Shown: piece by piece, positions 29,029 through 39,108 of the stretch | Layout of the letters: each line of letters starts with the position of its first letter | Numbering within the stretch: position 1 is the first letter of the stretch | Source: an uncultured Thiotrichales bacterium | GTDB taxonomy: Bacteria; Pseudomonadota; Gammaproteobacteria; Francisellales; CACEW01 | Assembly: GCA_903870015.1 (NCBI GenBank) | Contig: CAIQBE010000020.1 | Coordinates: 3,143-67,142 of the forward strand | Direction of reading: 5' to 3' | DNA length: 64,000 nucleotides | Made by a program: the position numbers and the translations under genes | Notes under the pieces: generated by a model | The model's input: the letters and a program-made list of their open reading frames with translations, nothing else | What the model was told of the DNA's origin: nothing | The model's database searches: none

Positions 29029-30312
29029 ATATTTTTTTAAAATATCCCGAATAATCTGCGCAGCTTGTCGCATTTCAGCTTCATCATAGATATGATCAAT
29101 CAGTAAAGCAACAGAAGTCTCACCCAAAGCTTTAGCATTGCTATACCGCTCTTTCGGCACTAAACCTGCTTTAACAAAAGCCTCTTCCAAATAAATCTCG
29201 GAACAACTCCCGACTTGAGACCAAAGCCCCTGCTGATTAATTCCAGTAATGACAGAATCTCGATGAGCCTTATCAACAAAGATATAAAACCGGTAATAAG
29301 CATGAGTGATGTGCGCAGGCGGGACAACCAAACGAACCCCGTCTATCCCGGTGAACGCTTCATTGAGAATATTGGCATTCCGCTCACGCAACTTCTGCCA
29401 CTCTGGCAGTTTTCTTAATTGAATCCGCCCAATTGCCGCCTGGGCTTCGGTCATGCGATAATTACTGCCAAAAGCGTCATGGAGCCAACGAAATCCTGGA
29501 GCATGTTGCTTTTTATAAACCGTATCATAGCCTTTGCCATGGTCTTTATAGGCCCAGGCTTTTTTAAACCATTCTTCATTATCAGTGGCCACTAAGCCAC
29601 CCTCGCCCATCGTAGAGATAATTTTATCCTGGCAAAAAGAAAACGCAGCCATATGGCCAAAGCTGCCGACAGGTGCTCCCGCTGAAGATGCTCCAGAAGC
29701 AGCCAGGGATGCAGAAGGCCCAGAAACAGTTCGCGCTGCCACCCCAGAATTCCCTGCGTCAACCCCATCAGAACCGTCAACCGATTTTTCAGCGGGAGCT
29801 CCTGAGCTGCCGATAGGCTTACCATTGATTTTCGCACCATGGGCTTGGGCACAGTCTTCGATCACATAAAGATTATGTTCTTCCGCAAAGGCCATAATAG
29901 CAGGCATATCACAGGGCCAACCGCCTAAATGCACACAGATAATCGCTTTGGTTTTCGCAGTCACATGGGGGGTAATCGTTGCAACCGTCAAATTCTGGGA
30001 TACAGGATCAATATCACACACCACGGGCTTTGCGCCCACTTCAACCACACAACTTGCTGAGGCCATAAAAGTCCGACACGGAACAATCACTTCATCTCCA
30101 GGGCCAATGCCTAATGCGTGCAAGCAAAGCTCTAAGGCACTGGTGCCATTGGCAACCGCGATGGTGTGGCTGACGCCGAGATATTCGGCATACTCTTTTT
30201 CAAAAAGCTTGCCTTGCTCGCCAGTCCAATAGTTTACTTTATTGGATTTTAAGACATTTGTTACTGCGTCGATTTCGTCTTGTTCGTAGATGGGCCATTT
30301 TTTTCCAAACAT
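29023..30312 (-). CDS. DegT/PglE/WbpE-family PLP sugar aminotransferase carrying a 48-aa in-frame insertion
   Basis: 429 aa. Canonical N- and C-terminal halves with the PLP lysine in FSFCQDKIIS. A Gly/Ser/Ala-rich insert lies between ..NGKPIGS and FGHMAAFSF. Confidence 0.85.
   Translation of the reverse strand: MFGKKWPIYEQDEIDAVTNVLKSNKVNYWTGEQGKLFEKEYAEYLGVSHTIAVANGTSALELCLHALGIGPGDEVIVPCRTFMASASCVVEVGAKPVVCDIDPVSQNLTVATITPHVTAKTKAIICVHLGGWPCDMPAIMAFAEEHNLYVIEDCAQAHGAKINGKPIGSSGAPAEKSVDGSDGVDAGNSGVAARTVSGPSASLAASGASSAGAPVGSFGHMAAFSFCQDKIISTMGEGGLVATDNEEWFKKAWAYKDHGKGYDTVYKKQHAPGFRWLHDAFGSNYRMTEAQAAIGRIQLRKLPEWQKLRERNANILNEAFTGIDGVRLVVPPAHITHAYYRFYIFVDKAHRDSVITGINQQGLWSQVGSCSEIYLEEAFVKAGLVPKERYSNAKALGETSVALLIDHIYDEAEMRQAAQIIRDILKKYP
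29661..29813. mobile_element. MITE-like 135-bp insertion (29670-29804) flanked by the 9-bp direct repeat AGCTGCCGA
   Basis: Direct repeats at 29661-29669 and 29805-29813. Terminal inverted repeats CAGGTGCTCCCGCTGA (29670-29685) and TCAGCGGGAGCTCCTG (29789-29804) match at 15/16. Total added length is 144 nt, or 48 codons. Confidence 0.6.
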
Positions 30313-30950
30313 TATCCTATCCTTTTAGCAGGAGCGCCAATAACCGTTGCTCCATCTGCAACATCCTCAATAACAACAGCTCCTGCACCAATAATACAGT
30401 GCTTACCAATTTTAACTCCGGGCAACACGATAGCGCCAGCGCCAATCAAAGTCAATTCGCCTACATTTACACCACCACATAATGTTGCATTTGGTGCAAT
30501 ATGAACATGATCTTCGATGATAATATCATGCTCAATAATGGCGCCCGTATTGATAATTACATTATTGCCAATATGAGTGTCCGGGTTAATCACAACACCC
30601 GCCATAATCATTAACCCATCACCTAATTTTACTGAATCCGCAATCACAGCATTAGCATGAATTTCCGAAGCAAAAGATAAATCGGTCTGTGCAAACTCAT
30701 TATAAATTTTTTGACGAATGTGGTTGTCGCCAATCGTCACAATAACGCCTTGGCATTGTTCTGCATGCTTTTTCCAAAAGGAAATAAGCTCAGAGCGCCC
30801 ACCCTCAATACGATAACCCAACCAAGACAATGCAAATTTGGCAGAATCATCATCAAAAAGCTTAATACTCTTAGAGCCATTGCTAAATAGAGATTCCATC
30901 ACCACTTTAGCATGACCTCCAGCGCCAAATAGCAGGGTTTCTTTTATCAT
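30312..30950 (-). CDS. NeuD/PglD-family sugar N-acetyltransferase (left-handed beta-helix)
   Basis: 212 aa. N-terminal LFGAGGHAKVV Rossmann-like part and C-terminal hexapeptide repeats. Confidence 0.85.
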   Translation of the reverse strand: MIKETLLFGAGGHAKVVMESLFSNGSKSIKLFDDDSAKFALSWLGYRIEGGRSELISFWKKHAEQCQGVIVTIGDNHIRQKIYNEFAQTDLSFASEIHANAVIADSVKLGDGLMIMAGVVINPDTHIGNNVIINTGAIIEHDIIIEDHVHIAPNATLCGGVNVGELTLIGAGAIVLPGVKIGKHCIIGAGAVVIEDVADGATVIGAPAKRIG

Positions 30951-31556
30951 TTAATTTTTTCCAGTAAATTTTTCCATAGTCGCCTGATTTTGTTGGCTAA
31001 CCCCTTCACGTTTAAAAACTTTTTTGAGGGTCAGTAACATAATCTGCATATCCAAGAAAAAGGATAAATGATCGACATACCAGCAATCAAGCTTAAACTT
31101 TTCCTGCCAGGAAATCGCATTGCGGCCATTGACCTGAGCCCAGCCAGTAATACCGGGCATCACCCAATGCCTACGCTTCTGCTCAACATTATACAATGGT
31201 AAATACTCTAACAAAAGCGGGCGAGGCCCTACAAAACTCATATCACCTTTTAAAATATTAAACAACTGAGGCAGCTCATCAAGACTCGAAGCCCTTAAAA
31301 ACTTGCCAAAACGGGTTAAGCGTAAAGCATCAGAAAGCAAATTGCCTGCATCATCTTTTTTATTTGTCATCGTGCGAAACTTGTAAACAGTAAAGATGTG
31401 CTCTTGATAACCAACACGGGGCTGTTTAAAAATAGCGGGAGATCCTAAAAAGATTCGCACCAACAACCAAATGATTAAAATTAGCCAGGAAAACAAAACG
31501 CACAACAAGAACGCTAAACTAACATCAAAGCCCTTTTTAAAAAATTTAGACCACAT
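30951..31556 (-). CDS. Small (PglC-type) undecaprenyl-phosphate sugar-phosphate transferase
   Basis: 201 aa. Single N-terminal TM helix and [21 protein letters not shown] motif. Confidence 0.88.
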   Translation of the reverse strand: MWSKFFKKGFDVSLAFLLCVLFSWLILIIWLLVRIFLGSPAIFKQPRVGYQEHIFTVYKFRTMTNKKDDAGNLLSDALRLTRFGKFLRASSLDELPQLFNILKGDMSFVGPRPLLLEYLPLYNVEQKRRHWVMPGITGWAQVNGRNAISWQEKFKLDCWYVDHLSFFLDMQIMLLTLKKVFKREGVSQQNQATMEKFTGKN

Positions 31557-32550
31557 TGTGCTGATACCATGCGATTACCTCAACCAATCCCTGCCGAATT
31601 TTATATTGAGGATCATACCCTAATAAATTTTTTGCCATATCAATACTCGCGAGCGAATGACGAACATCCCCAGCACGAAAATCACGATAGCTAGCTTGAT
31701 GGCCAGGATTATTAAGTAAATCCCGCAAAATAGAATAGAGCTCATTCAAAGTGGTTTGATCACCAACAGCAACATTATAGGCCGTATTAAAAGCCTCTTC
31801 TGCTTCAGCAAAAGCACTTAAAATATTGGCCTGAACCACATTTTGGATATAACAAAAATCCCGCGAAGTTTCCCCATCTCCATTAATATACACAGGCTCA
31901 TTGTGAATAATCGCCTTGGACCACACCGGAATCACTGCCGCATACTGGCCATGGGGGTTTTGCCGCGCACCAAAGACATTAAAATAACGCAAGCCTATGG
32001 TTTTTATAGGATAGCATCCACCAAAAGCTTTTGCATAAAGCTCATCGGTCATTTTGGTGACCGCATAAGGCGATAAGGGATTGCCTTGGTGCGTCTCAAC
32101 TTTTGGCAAAAGCGGTGAATCACCATAGACCGAACTGGAAGATGCATACACAAAACGCTTAACCCCGACATCTTTAGCAGTAATCAACATATTTAAAAAA
32201 CCCGTGACATTCACTTGATGAGAGGTTAAAGGATCTTTGATCGAGCGCGGCACACTGCCCAAAGCCGCCTGATGCAAAACAAAATCCACGCACTCACACG
32301 CTTTTTGGCAAGTTGCCAAATCACGAATATCCCCTTCAATAAAGGTAAAATCAGCTTTTGAAAAATTTGCTAAAACTTCATCTAAATTTTTCTGGTAGCC
32401 GGTCGCAAAATTATCCAGGCCAATAATTTTTTGTTGATGTTGCAACAAAAATTCGAGCAAATGACTACCAATAAAGCCAGCAACGCCAGAGACCAGCCAA
32501 GTATATTGATGCCCTAGCAAATGTTCTTTCACACGATCAAATTGACTCAA
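31546..32550 (-). CDS. UDP-GlcNAc(A) C4-epimerase (WbpP/TviC-like SDR)
   Basis: [10 protein letters not shown] Rossmann motif and catalytic YAVTK. Sits directly downstream of the WbpO-like dehydrogenase. Confidence 0.82.
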   Translation of the reverse strand: MSQFDRVKEHLLGHQYTWLVSGVAGFIGSHLLEFLLQHQQKIIGLDNFATGYQKNLDEVLANFSKADFTFIEGDIRDLATCQKACECVDFVLHQAALGSVPRSIKDPLTSHQVNVTGFLNMLITAKDVGVKRFVYASSSSVYGDSPLLPKVETHQGNPLSPYAVTKMTDELYAKAFGGCYPIKTIGLRYFNVFGARQNPHGQYAAVIPVWSKAIIHNEPVYINGDGETSRDFCYIQNVVQANILSAFAEAEEAFNTAYNVAVGDQTTLNELYSILRDLLNNPGHQASYRDFRAGDVRHSLASIDMAKNLLGYDPQYKIRQGLVEVIAWYQHNVV

Positions 32551-33837
32551 CTACAACCTCCACAGCGTAAAACCCGCCTGATTAAAATCTTCTTGATGTA
32601 AAATACTCTTCACATCCATTAAAACCTTAGCCTCTGCTTGCAGCATTTGCTTAAAATCATCCACAGTTAAACTTAAATACTCTCGATGAGCCACCGCTAA
32701 AATAAGTGCATCTAGATGATTAAATGCCTGTAAATCCAATAATGACAACCCATATTCATGCAAAGCCTCTGCTCTATCTGCATGGGGATCATGAACTAAC
32801 GGGGCAATGCCATATTCTTGTAACTCTGCAACAATATCTACGACTTTGGTATTACGCACATCAGAACAATTTTCTTTAAATGTTAAGCCCAAAATCCCAA
32901 CCTTAGCCTGTTGCAGACACACACCTTTTTTAGATAAAAGCTTTACAGTTTCTTGGGCAATATAAGCCCCCATACCATCATTAACACGACGCCCCGCTAA
33001 AATGACCTGAGAGTGATAGCCAACCTCTTCCGCCTTATGGGTAAGATAATAAGGATCAACCCCAATACAATGGCCACCGACAAGCCCAGGCCTAAAGGGC
33101 AGAAAATTCCACTTGGTTCCAGCCGCATCAAGTACTTCTTTGGTATCAATGCCTAACTTATGAAAAATCATCGCAAGTTCGTTCACAAAGGCAATATTTA
33201 AATCACGCTGGGTATTTTCAATCACTTTCGCAGCCTCAGCGACTTTAATGCTTGAGGCTTTATAGACACCTGCCTCAACCACACTGCCATAAACAGAAGC
33301 TACAATGCCTAAAATCTCGGGCGTTTGCCCTGAAACAATTTTACGAATTTTGGTAAAGGTATGTTCTTTATCGCCTGGATTAATACGCTCGGGCGAATAA
33401 CCAACGAAAAAATCAATGCCACACTTAAGGCCAGAATATTGCTCGAGCACCGGGACGCAATCCTCTTCCGTAGTGCCCGGATAAACCGTCGATTCATAAA
33501 CAACAATATCGCCTTTTTTAAGATGCGGTCCTAGCGTTCTTGATGCGGAGAGTAACGGGTTTAAATCTGGCTGATTAGCTTCATCGATTGGGGTAGGCAC
33601 TGCCACAATAAAAAAGTCTGCTTGTTTAAGATCTGCACCATCATTCGTAAACAGAAAAGAACCTTGCTTTAGTTCTACGGGAGAGACTTCACCAGTATGA
33701 TCTTCAGCATTTTTTAAGGCGGTAATTCTTGCATGATTGATATCAAAAGCAATCACTTTTTGCTTTTTTGAAAATGCAACAGCCACCGGTAAGCCAACAT
33801 AGCCTAGGCCTATTACACTAACTCTACGATCATGCAC
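32551..33837 (-). CDS. UDP-N-acetyl-hexosamine 6-dehydrogenase (WbpO/TviB-like)
   Basis: 428 aa. VIGLGYVGLP and catalytic Cys in GGHCIGVDP. Confidence 0.85.
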   Translation of the reverse strand: MHDRRVSVIGLGYVGLPVAVAFSKKQKVIAFDINHARITALKNAEDHTGEVSPVELKQGSFLFTNDGADLKQADFFIVAVPTPIDEANQPDLNPLLSASRTLGPHLKKGDIVVYESTVYPGTTEEDCVPVLEQYSGLKCGIDFFVGYSPERINPGDKEHTFTKIRKIVSGQTPEILGIVASVYGSVVEAGVYKASSIKVAEAAKVIENTQRDLNIAFVNELAMIFHKLGIDTKEVLDAAGTKWNFLPFRPGLVGGHCIGVDPYYLTHKAEEVGYHSQVILAGRRVNDGMGAYIAQETVKLLSKKGVCLQQAKVGILGLTFKENCSDVRNTKVVDIVAELQEYGIAPLVHDPHADRAEALHEYGLSLLDLQAFNHLDALILAVAHREYLSLTVDDFKQMLQAEAKVLMDVKSILHQEDFNQAGFTLWRL

Positions 33838-33851
33838 AACTCTCTCCCTGA

Positions 33852-34958
33852 TTAAGACAAATAATTTTTAAGTGTAACAGTACGATTTACGCCAAAGAAT
33901 TCACGTATTCTACGATACAAAGGCAACTCAAACAATTTGTGTATCAAGATAGATAAAATAATCAAAACTATAAAGTGTATAAGTTGCAGCAATGTACGTG
34001 AGTGTAAAAATTCATGGAACAACACCCATAGAATCTGGTTTAATGGCTCTTGCAACAAATAAAAAGCAAAACTTGCCTCTCCTAGCAAAATAATCCACCG
34101 CTTTGATAACGCTTTTGACAAAGCCCCTTTTTGCCCTGAAAACCCAGCTAAAATCAATAAAACCGCAGGAAGAAAAATTAAACCCACTTGCAACAAACTG
34201 AGAAACAGATTATGAAAAACATAGGTTAAACCTAACAACAAAAGTCCAAATACTTCTAAACAAGAAAAAAACATTGCAAATTTTTTTGTATAAATTTTTT
34301 CATAAACAAAAAATAGAGCTATACCACACATAAAATCAAAAATTCTGACTGGCGGAAAAACATAAAAAATACCAGCAAAAGAAATATGAGTAATACCCAA
34401 AAGAGAAATATTATGTACACTTGTATCAGCGCCAGAAAACCTCAAAGCCATCCCTATTAGAAAAATCAAAAACAACATTAACGATATAAAATAAACCTTG
34501 ATGCTTTTTAAAGCCAATCCTAACAAACCAGGAAAGAGTAGATAGAAAAAAAACTCAGCAGAAATACTCCAAGAAGGACTATTCAATAAATCTGCCGAGT
34601 GTGGTATAAAGTCTTGCAACAAAAGCAAATTCGCAACAAGATAAATGCTACTTTTTAAAGGTTCAAGATAAAAAAATTGTAATGCAAAAGGAACCATTAA
34701 TAAAAGGCATAAAATATGTAACGGCCAAACTCTAGCAAACCTACCAATGTAAAATTTACTTTTCGTAATCTGCTGTTGCTTAAATGCATCTCTATAAGCA
34801 AATGTCAACACAAACCCTGATAAAGTAAAGAAAAACGTAATCGCTATACAACCAAGAGGAAAACCCCAATTCTCATTAACTACAACATAATGATCTAGAA
34901 AAACCAAAAAAGCGGCAAAAAATCTCAACGCTGTTAATGACTCAAGTGTTTCTTTCAT
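33852..34958 (-). CDS. Acyltransferase-3 family membrane O-acyltransferase
   Basis: 368 aa, about 10 TM segments, N-terminal LRFFAAFLVFLDH motif. No SGNH domain. Confidence 0.8.
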   Translation of the reverse strand: MKETLESLTALRFFAAFLVFLDHYVVVNENWGFPLGCIAITFFFTLSGFVLTFAYRDAFKQQQITKSKFYIGRFARVWPLHILCLLLMVPFALQFFYLEPLKSSIYLVANLLLLQDFIPHSADLLNSPSWSISAEFFFYLLFPGLLGLALKSIKVYFISLMLFLIFLIGMALRFSGADTSVHNISLLGITHISFAGIFYVFPPVRIFDFMCGIALFFVYEKIYTKKFAMFFSCLEVFGLLLLGLTYVFHNLFLSLLQVGLIFLPAVLLILAGFSGQKGALSKALSKRWIILLGEASFAFYLLQEPLNQILWVLFHEFLHSRTLLQLIHFIVLIILSILIHKLFELPLYRRIREFFGVNRTVTLKNYLS

Positions 34959-34972
34959 AATTACCTTTTAAA

Positions 34973-36136
34973 TTAACCTAAAATGATATTAATAATAGCT
35001 GTATTCACCTGATGAACATCAAACTTCTGTTCTGCTAGTTTACGACTCTCAGCACCCATTGTCACACAACAATCAGGATTTTGAATGAAATACTCCATTT
35101 TTTCAACTAAAACATCAATGTTTTTGACAGGAACCAAAAAGCCATTAACCCCATCAATGACAGTTTCACGACAACCAGGGGCATCGGTAGTAATAACAGG
35201 TCGCCCCATCGCCATGGCCTCCAAAACCGAACGGGGCGTACCTTCTCGATAAGAGGGCAAGACCATCACACTACTTTTTACAAGATACGGAGAAACATCT
35301 GAAACCTGACCTACCAACTCAAAACAAGGCTCTGCTTTTAATGTTTCTAATAACTCTGCCGATACACTCCTCGGATGCCCAGAAAACAGCTCGCCAACAA
35401 TACAAAAGCTGACTTCTGGATAAGATAAATATATTTTTTTTGCCGCCTCAACAAACTCAGCAACGCCCTTTTCAATCACTAAACGCCCAATAAAAATAAA
35501 TTGAATTCTTTCTGGCAAAGGACAAGCCACAAAACTTGATAAATCAATACCAGAGCCATTGACTTTCAGAGTGCTTTCCAAAGAAACTAAGTTGAGCGAC
35601 GTAAATAATGCCTGATCATCAGGATTTTGAAAGATCACTTTTTGACACTTTTTTAAGGCATAACGATAAAGCTTTTTGACAAGACAATAAATCACTTTAT
35701 CTTTAAAACTATTGACCGCAAAAGTGGTCCCTAACCCAGTAATCATTACGTAAATAGCTGGAACCTTGGCACAATGTGCAGCGATTGAACCATAAATAAC
35801 GGGTTTTATCGTATAAGAAAACAGGGCATCGGGTTGCTCTTGCTTAAAAAGCGCTTTCAAATCAAGGATCACTTTAAAATCTTGAATAGGATTCATACCA
35901 TGCAAAGACATGTCGACCTCTATAATTTTTACGCTGGGAAAACGCATTGTAAACGCTGTCGTAAATTCTTGACTGAATGTTGTCGTTGGCGCTAAAACAG
36001 AGACGTGGCAGCCCTGATCCAAAAATGCTTGGATGAGATGGGCTCTAAAAAGAAGCAATGAAGGTGCATAGCTCGCAAAAATAATTATTTTTTTCAATTG
36101 TAATTCACCCATGATTGAAACATCAAAAAATTCCAC
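34973..36136 (-). CDS. Glycosyltransferase, GT4 (group 1)
   Basis: E-x7-E motif in EGTPRSVLEAMAMGRPVITTD. The start may be an internal Met, since this ORF overlaps the asnB-like gene. Confidence 0.85.
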   Translation of the reverse strand: MEFFDVSIMGELQLKKIIIFASYAPSLLLFRAHLIQAFLDQGCHVSVLAPTTTFSQEFTTAFTMRFPSVKIIEVDMSLHGMNPIQDFKVILDLKALFKQEQPDALFSYTIKPVIYGSIAAHCAKVPAIYVMITGLGTTFAVNSFKDKVIYCLVKKLYRYALKKCQKVIFQNPDDQALFTSLNLVSLESTLKVNGSGIDLSSFVACPLPERIQFIFIGRLVIEKGVAEFVEAAKKIYLSYPEVSFCIVGELFSGHPRSVSAELLETLKAEPCFELVGQVSDVSPYLVKSSVMVLPSYREGTPRSVLEAMAMGRPVITTDAPGCRETVIDGVNGFLVPVKNIDVLVEKMEYFIQNPDCCVTMGAESRKLAEQKFDVHQVNTAIINIILG

Positions 36137-37947
36137 AGCAGATGCCCATGATTGGCCCTGGCATTCAAATGATCATTAAAAGCTTGTTGCAATTGTTTTG
36201 TATTAAAAAAGGTTTGCTGGGTACTCTCTGTAATTAAATCAGCGGCCCATTCTTTTAAGGGACCGCGAAGCCAAGCATGAATCGGAATACCAAACCCCGC
36301 TTTAGGTCGATCCAATAAATTTTTAGGCACATAACGATAAAGTAATTCTTTTAGCAAAATTTTACCCTGATTTTTCTGTACTCTAAACGCAAGAGGCTGT
36401 GTCCAAAGGAATTCAAAAAGGGTGTGATCTAAAAAAGGCACACGCACCTCTAAAGACATCGCCATACTAGCGCGGTCAACCTTGGCGAGAATGTCATTCG
36501 GCAAATAACTGATCGTATCCCATAACATCATCTCCTCAACAGGACTCAATGAAGAATATTGCTCGAAATGCATAAATGCAGGATTAACATGATTGAGATA
36601 TTGGTCTGCATGATAATTTTGTGAAATCAGAGTATCGTATAAAGAATTAGCTTTCCCTGAGTGCTGGAGCATCCAAACCAGTTTTTTGATTTGTAATGCA
36701 CGCTTATTTCCCATAATAGTAGTGGGTGCTTCTGCTAAAAGGAAGCTCAAGCCTTTTCTGAGCCAAAGGGGCAATGCATACAGTTTTTCTAAATGATGAT
36801 ACCGAAAATAACGTTGATACCCTCCAAATAACTCATCGCCTCCATCCCCTGATAAAGAAACTGTTACGTGTTTTCTAGCAAACTGACTCACAAGATACGT
36901 TGGAATTTGTGATGAATCCGCAAAAGGTTCATCGTAAATATAAGGGAGTTTTTGAATCACACTCAGCGCATCTTGATCTGTCACATAAAGTTCATGATGG
37001 TCCGTACCAATATGTGCCGCAATAGCTTTAGCAAAAGGCGCCTCATCATAGTCTTGGTGTTCAAATCCAATACTAAATGTCTTTACGGGATGCGACAACG
37101 TTTTTTGCATTAAGGCAACTATAGTTGAAGAATCAACGCCGCCGGATAAAAAGGCTCCAAGGGGAGCATCGCTAATGCAGCGACTATTGACGATCTTCAA
37201 TAATCGACTCTCAAGCTCATCGACTGCATCTTCAAATGTTAAGGGTAAACCCTCTGCCTTGGCCTTTAAAACAGTATCAATTGCAGACCAATACGACTGA
37301 GGCTTTATTTTTAAAGAGGAATCAACACAAAGGTAATGCCCCGCCTCGAGTTTAAAAATATTCTCATAAATCGAAAGAGGCGCTTGAATATAGGCATAGC
37401 GAAGCAATAATTGAACCGCATGAAGGTTAATATTTTTTTTAAAATCAGGGTAAAGACACAGAGCTTTTAACTCCGAGGCAAAAATTAAAGCTCCGTTTAC
37501 AACCCCATAATATAAAGGTTTTTCTCCAAAACGATCACGGGCCAAATAGAGCTTTTCCTCTTGCCGATCCCATAGAACAATCGCAAACATTCCATTTAAT
37601 TTTTGTAATGCGGCATTAAAGCCCCAGGCCTCTATACTTGCCAATACAATCTCAGTATCTGAATGGCTTTTAAAATGACAGCCCTTTAGCTCAAGCGCTA
37701 TTCGTAATTCTCGAAAATTATAGATTTCCCCATTAAATGCAATAATATATCGACTGGAAGCACTTTCCATGGGTTGATGTCCCAATGGGGATAAATCAAT
37801 AATTGCTAGGCGGCGATGCCCCAAAGCAACCAAATTATCTCGCCAAACACCTCGATCATCTGGGCCCCCTGCAATTAAGCTATCGGTCATCGCATCAAGC
37901 GCGCCAAAATATTTATTTTTAAAGGCAATTCCCGCTATACGGCACAT
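36094..37947 (-). CDS. Glutamine-hydrolysing asparagine synthase-like amidotransferase (WbpS-like)
   Basis: 617 aa. N-terminal nucleophile MC-RIAG and PP-loop FLSGGVDSS. Confidence 0.85.
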   Translation of the reverse strand: MCRIAGIAFKNKYFGALDAMTDSLIAGGPDDRGVWRDNLVALGHRRLAIIDLSPLGHQPMESASSRYIIAFNGEIYNFRELRIALELKGCHFKSHSDTEIVLASIEAWGFNAALQKLNGMFAIVLWDRQEEKLYLARDRFGEKPLYYGVVNGALIFASELKALCLYPDFKKNINLHAVQLLLRYAYIQAPLSIYENIFKLEAGHYLCVDSSLKIKPQSYWSAIDTVLKAKAEGLPLTFEDAVDELESRLLKIVNSRCISDAPLGAFLSGGVDSSTIVALMQKTLSHPVKTFSIGFEHQDYDEAPFAKAIAAHIGTDHHELYVTDQDALSVIQKLPYIYDEPFADSSQIPTYLVSQFARKHVTVSLSGDGGDELFGGYQRYFRYHHLEKLYALPLWLRKGLSFLLAEAPTTIMGNKRALQIKKLVWMLQHSGKANSLYDTLISQNYHADQYLNHVNPAFMHFEQYSSLSPVEEMMLWDTISYLPNDILAKVDRASMAMSLEVRVPFLDHTLFEFLWTQPLAFRVQKNQGKILLKELLYRYVPKNLLDRPKAGFGIPIHAWLRGPLKEWAADLITESTQQTFFNTKQLQQAFNDHLNARANHGHLLWNFLMFQSWVNYN

Positions 37948-37952
37948 ATTTT

Positions 37953-39068
37953 CTAACCCGCCCCTTTTTTAGTAAAAAAAATTGCCCCCAAAATAATCGT
38001 CATCCATACAATACCCGAAGATAAATAATAATCTGAAAATATCGCTAAACTCAGCACTGTTAAATTTAAAGCAAATAAAAGACGTAAGTAATTATTATGG
38101 GGTTCACGATAAAATAGTTGCTCAAGGTAACCCGAGTAACCCCCGAGAAGAATCATCAACATCAAAGAACCTACTATGCCATAATCAAGAATATAAACGC
38201 CAAAAATAGTATAAACATTTGTGGGAAGTGGGGTATGGAAATAAGGAGCAACGCCCATTTTAGCTAAAACTCCTAATTTAACCAGCACTTGTTGCATCGA
38301 ATTAAAAGTTAAAAACGGAGCATCCTTATAAGCATCAAGATTATTAAGCAAAATATCGACTACATGAGACCCACCCATCAAATAATCATAAAAAATACTA
38401 CTGGCAGAAAGTGGCTTTCCAGCAAGCGCTCCTAATAATCCAAAACCAAAAATGAGCAAAGCTCCAAACCCCAAAAAATATCCAACAAGCTTTAGATTGA
38501 CTTTTCTGTTGATAAAGTAAAAATAAAATCCCATCATCGCACTAAAAAATAAGGGGGCTCTTGCAATGGAAAGGTAAATAAATAATAGATACATGAAGGC
38601 ACATATAACCTTTTTCCCTTTACTAACGGCCCGACCTGAAATAATCAGCATGGGAATTGCCGTAAAAAAGAAAAAATTAAAAAAGGACAGGAATGGGACT
38701 GCGGGAGAACCACCATACATTGAAATAAACGCACGATAATATCCGACACGACTTGGCAATAAAAACCCAGGGCCAGAAACTATAAAAAGGTTTAACATAT
38801 TCAAAGATAAACCGATAATCATAAAATAAAAGTAAAAACGAATAGCACGTTTTTGTGACAAGGGGGCATGTGTGAAAAGGACAAAATTAGGCATACGAAT
38901 CATCCGAGTAATTGCATAAGAAAGAGTAAAAATCGTGAAGGCGCAAGTAAGATAAAGATAGTAATCTAGACTATAAGGATAAAAAATACCTACAAAGTTA
39001 GATCCTATCGTTACAACAAGAAAAGCAAAAATAAAAATAAATGGCGCTGAAAACAATATACGATGCAT
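37953..39068 (-). CDS. wzy: O-antigen polymerase (Wzy-like) polytopic membrane protein
   Basis: 371 aa, about 10-11 TM segments, no other homology visible. The call rests on context beside wzx and glycosyltransferases. Confidence 0.55.
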   Translation of the reverse strand: MHRILFSAPFIFIFAFLVVTIGSNFVGIFYPYSLDYYLYLTCAFTIFTLSYAITRMIRMPNFVLFTHAPLSQKRAIRFYFYFMIIGLSLNMLNLFIVSGPGFLLPSRVGYYRAFISMYGGSPAVPFLSFFNFFFFTAIPMLIISGRAVSKGKKVICAFMYLLFIYLSIARAPLFFSAMMGFYFYFINRKVNLKLVGYFLGFGALLIFGFGLLGALAGKPLSASSIFYDYLMGGSHVVDILLNNLDAYKDAPFLTFNSMQQVLVKLGVLAKMGVAPYFHTPLPTNVYTIFGVYILDYGIVGSLMLMILLGGYSGYLEQLFYREPHNNYLRLLFALNLTVLSLAIFSDYYLSSGIVWMTIILGAIFFTKKGAG

Positions 39069-39108
39069 ACGTTATCCCCCGATTAATAAAAAATTTTACT
39101 CTAGAATT

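Noticed and set aside
29585-29869. Alternative-frame and opposite-strand ORFs (94 aa +, 86 aa -) across the aminotransferase insertion
   Set aside because: These are not independent genes. They reflect the GC-rich, stop-free nature of the inserted element and are used as supporting evidence for that finding.
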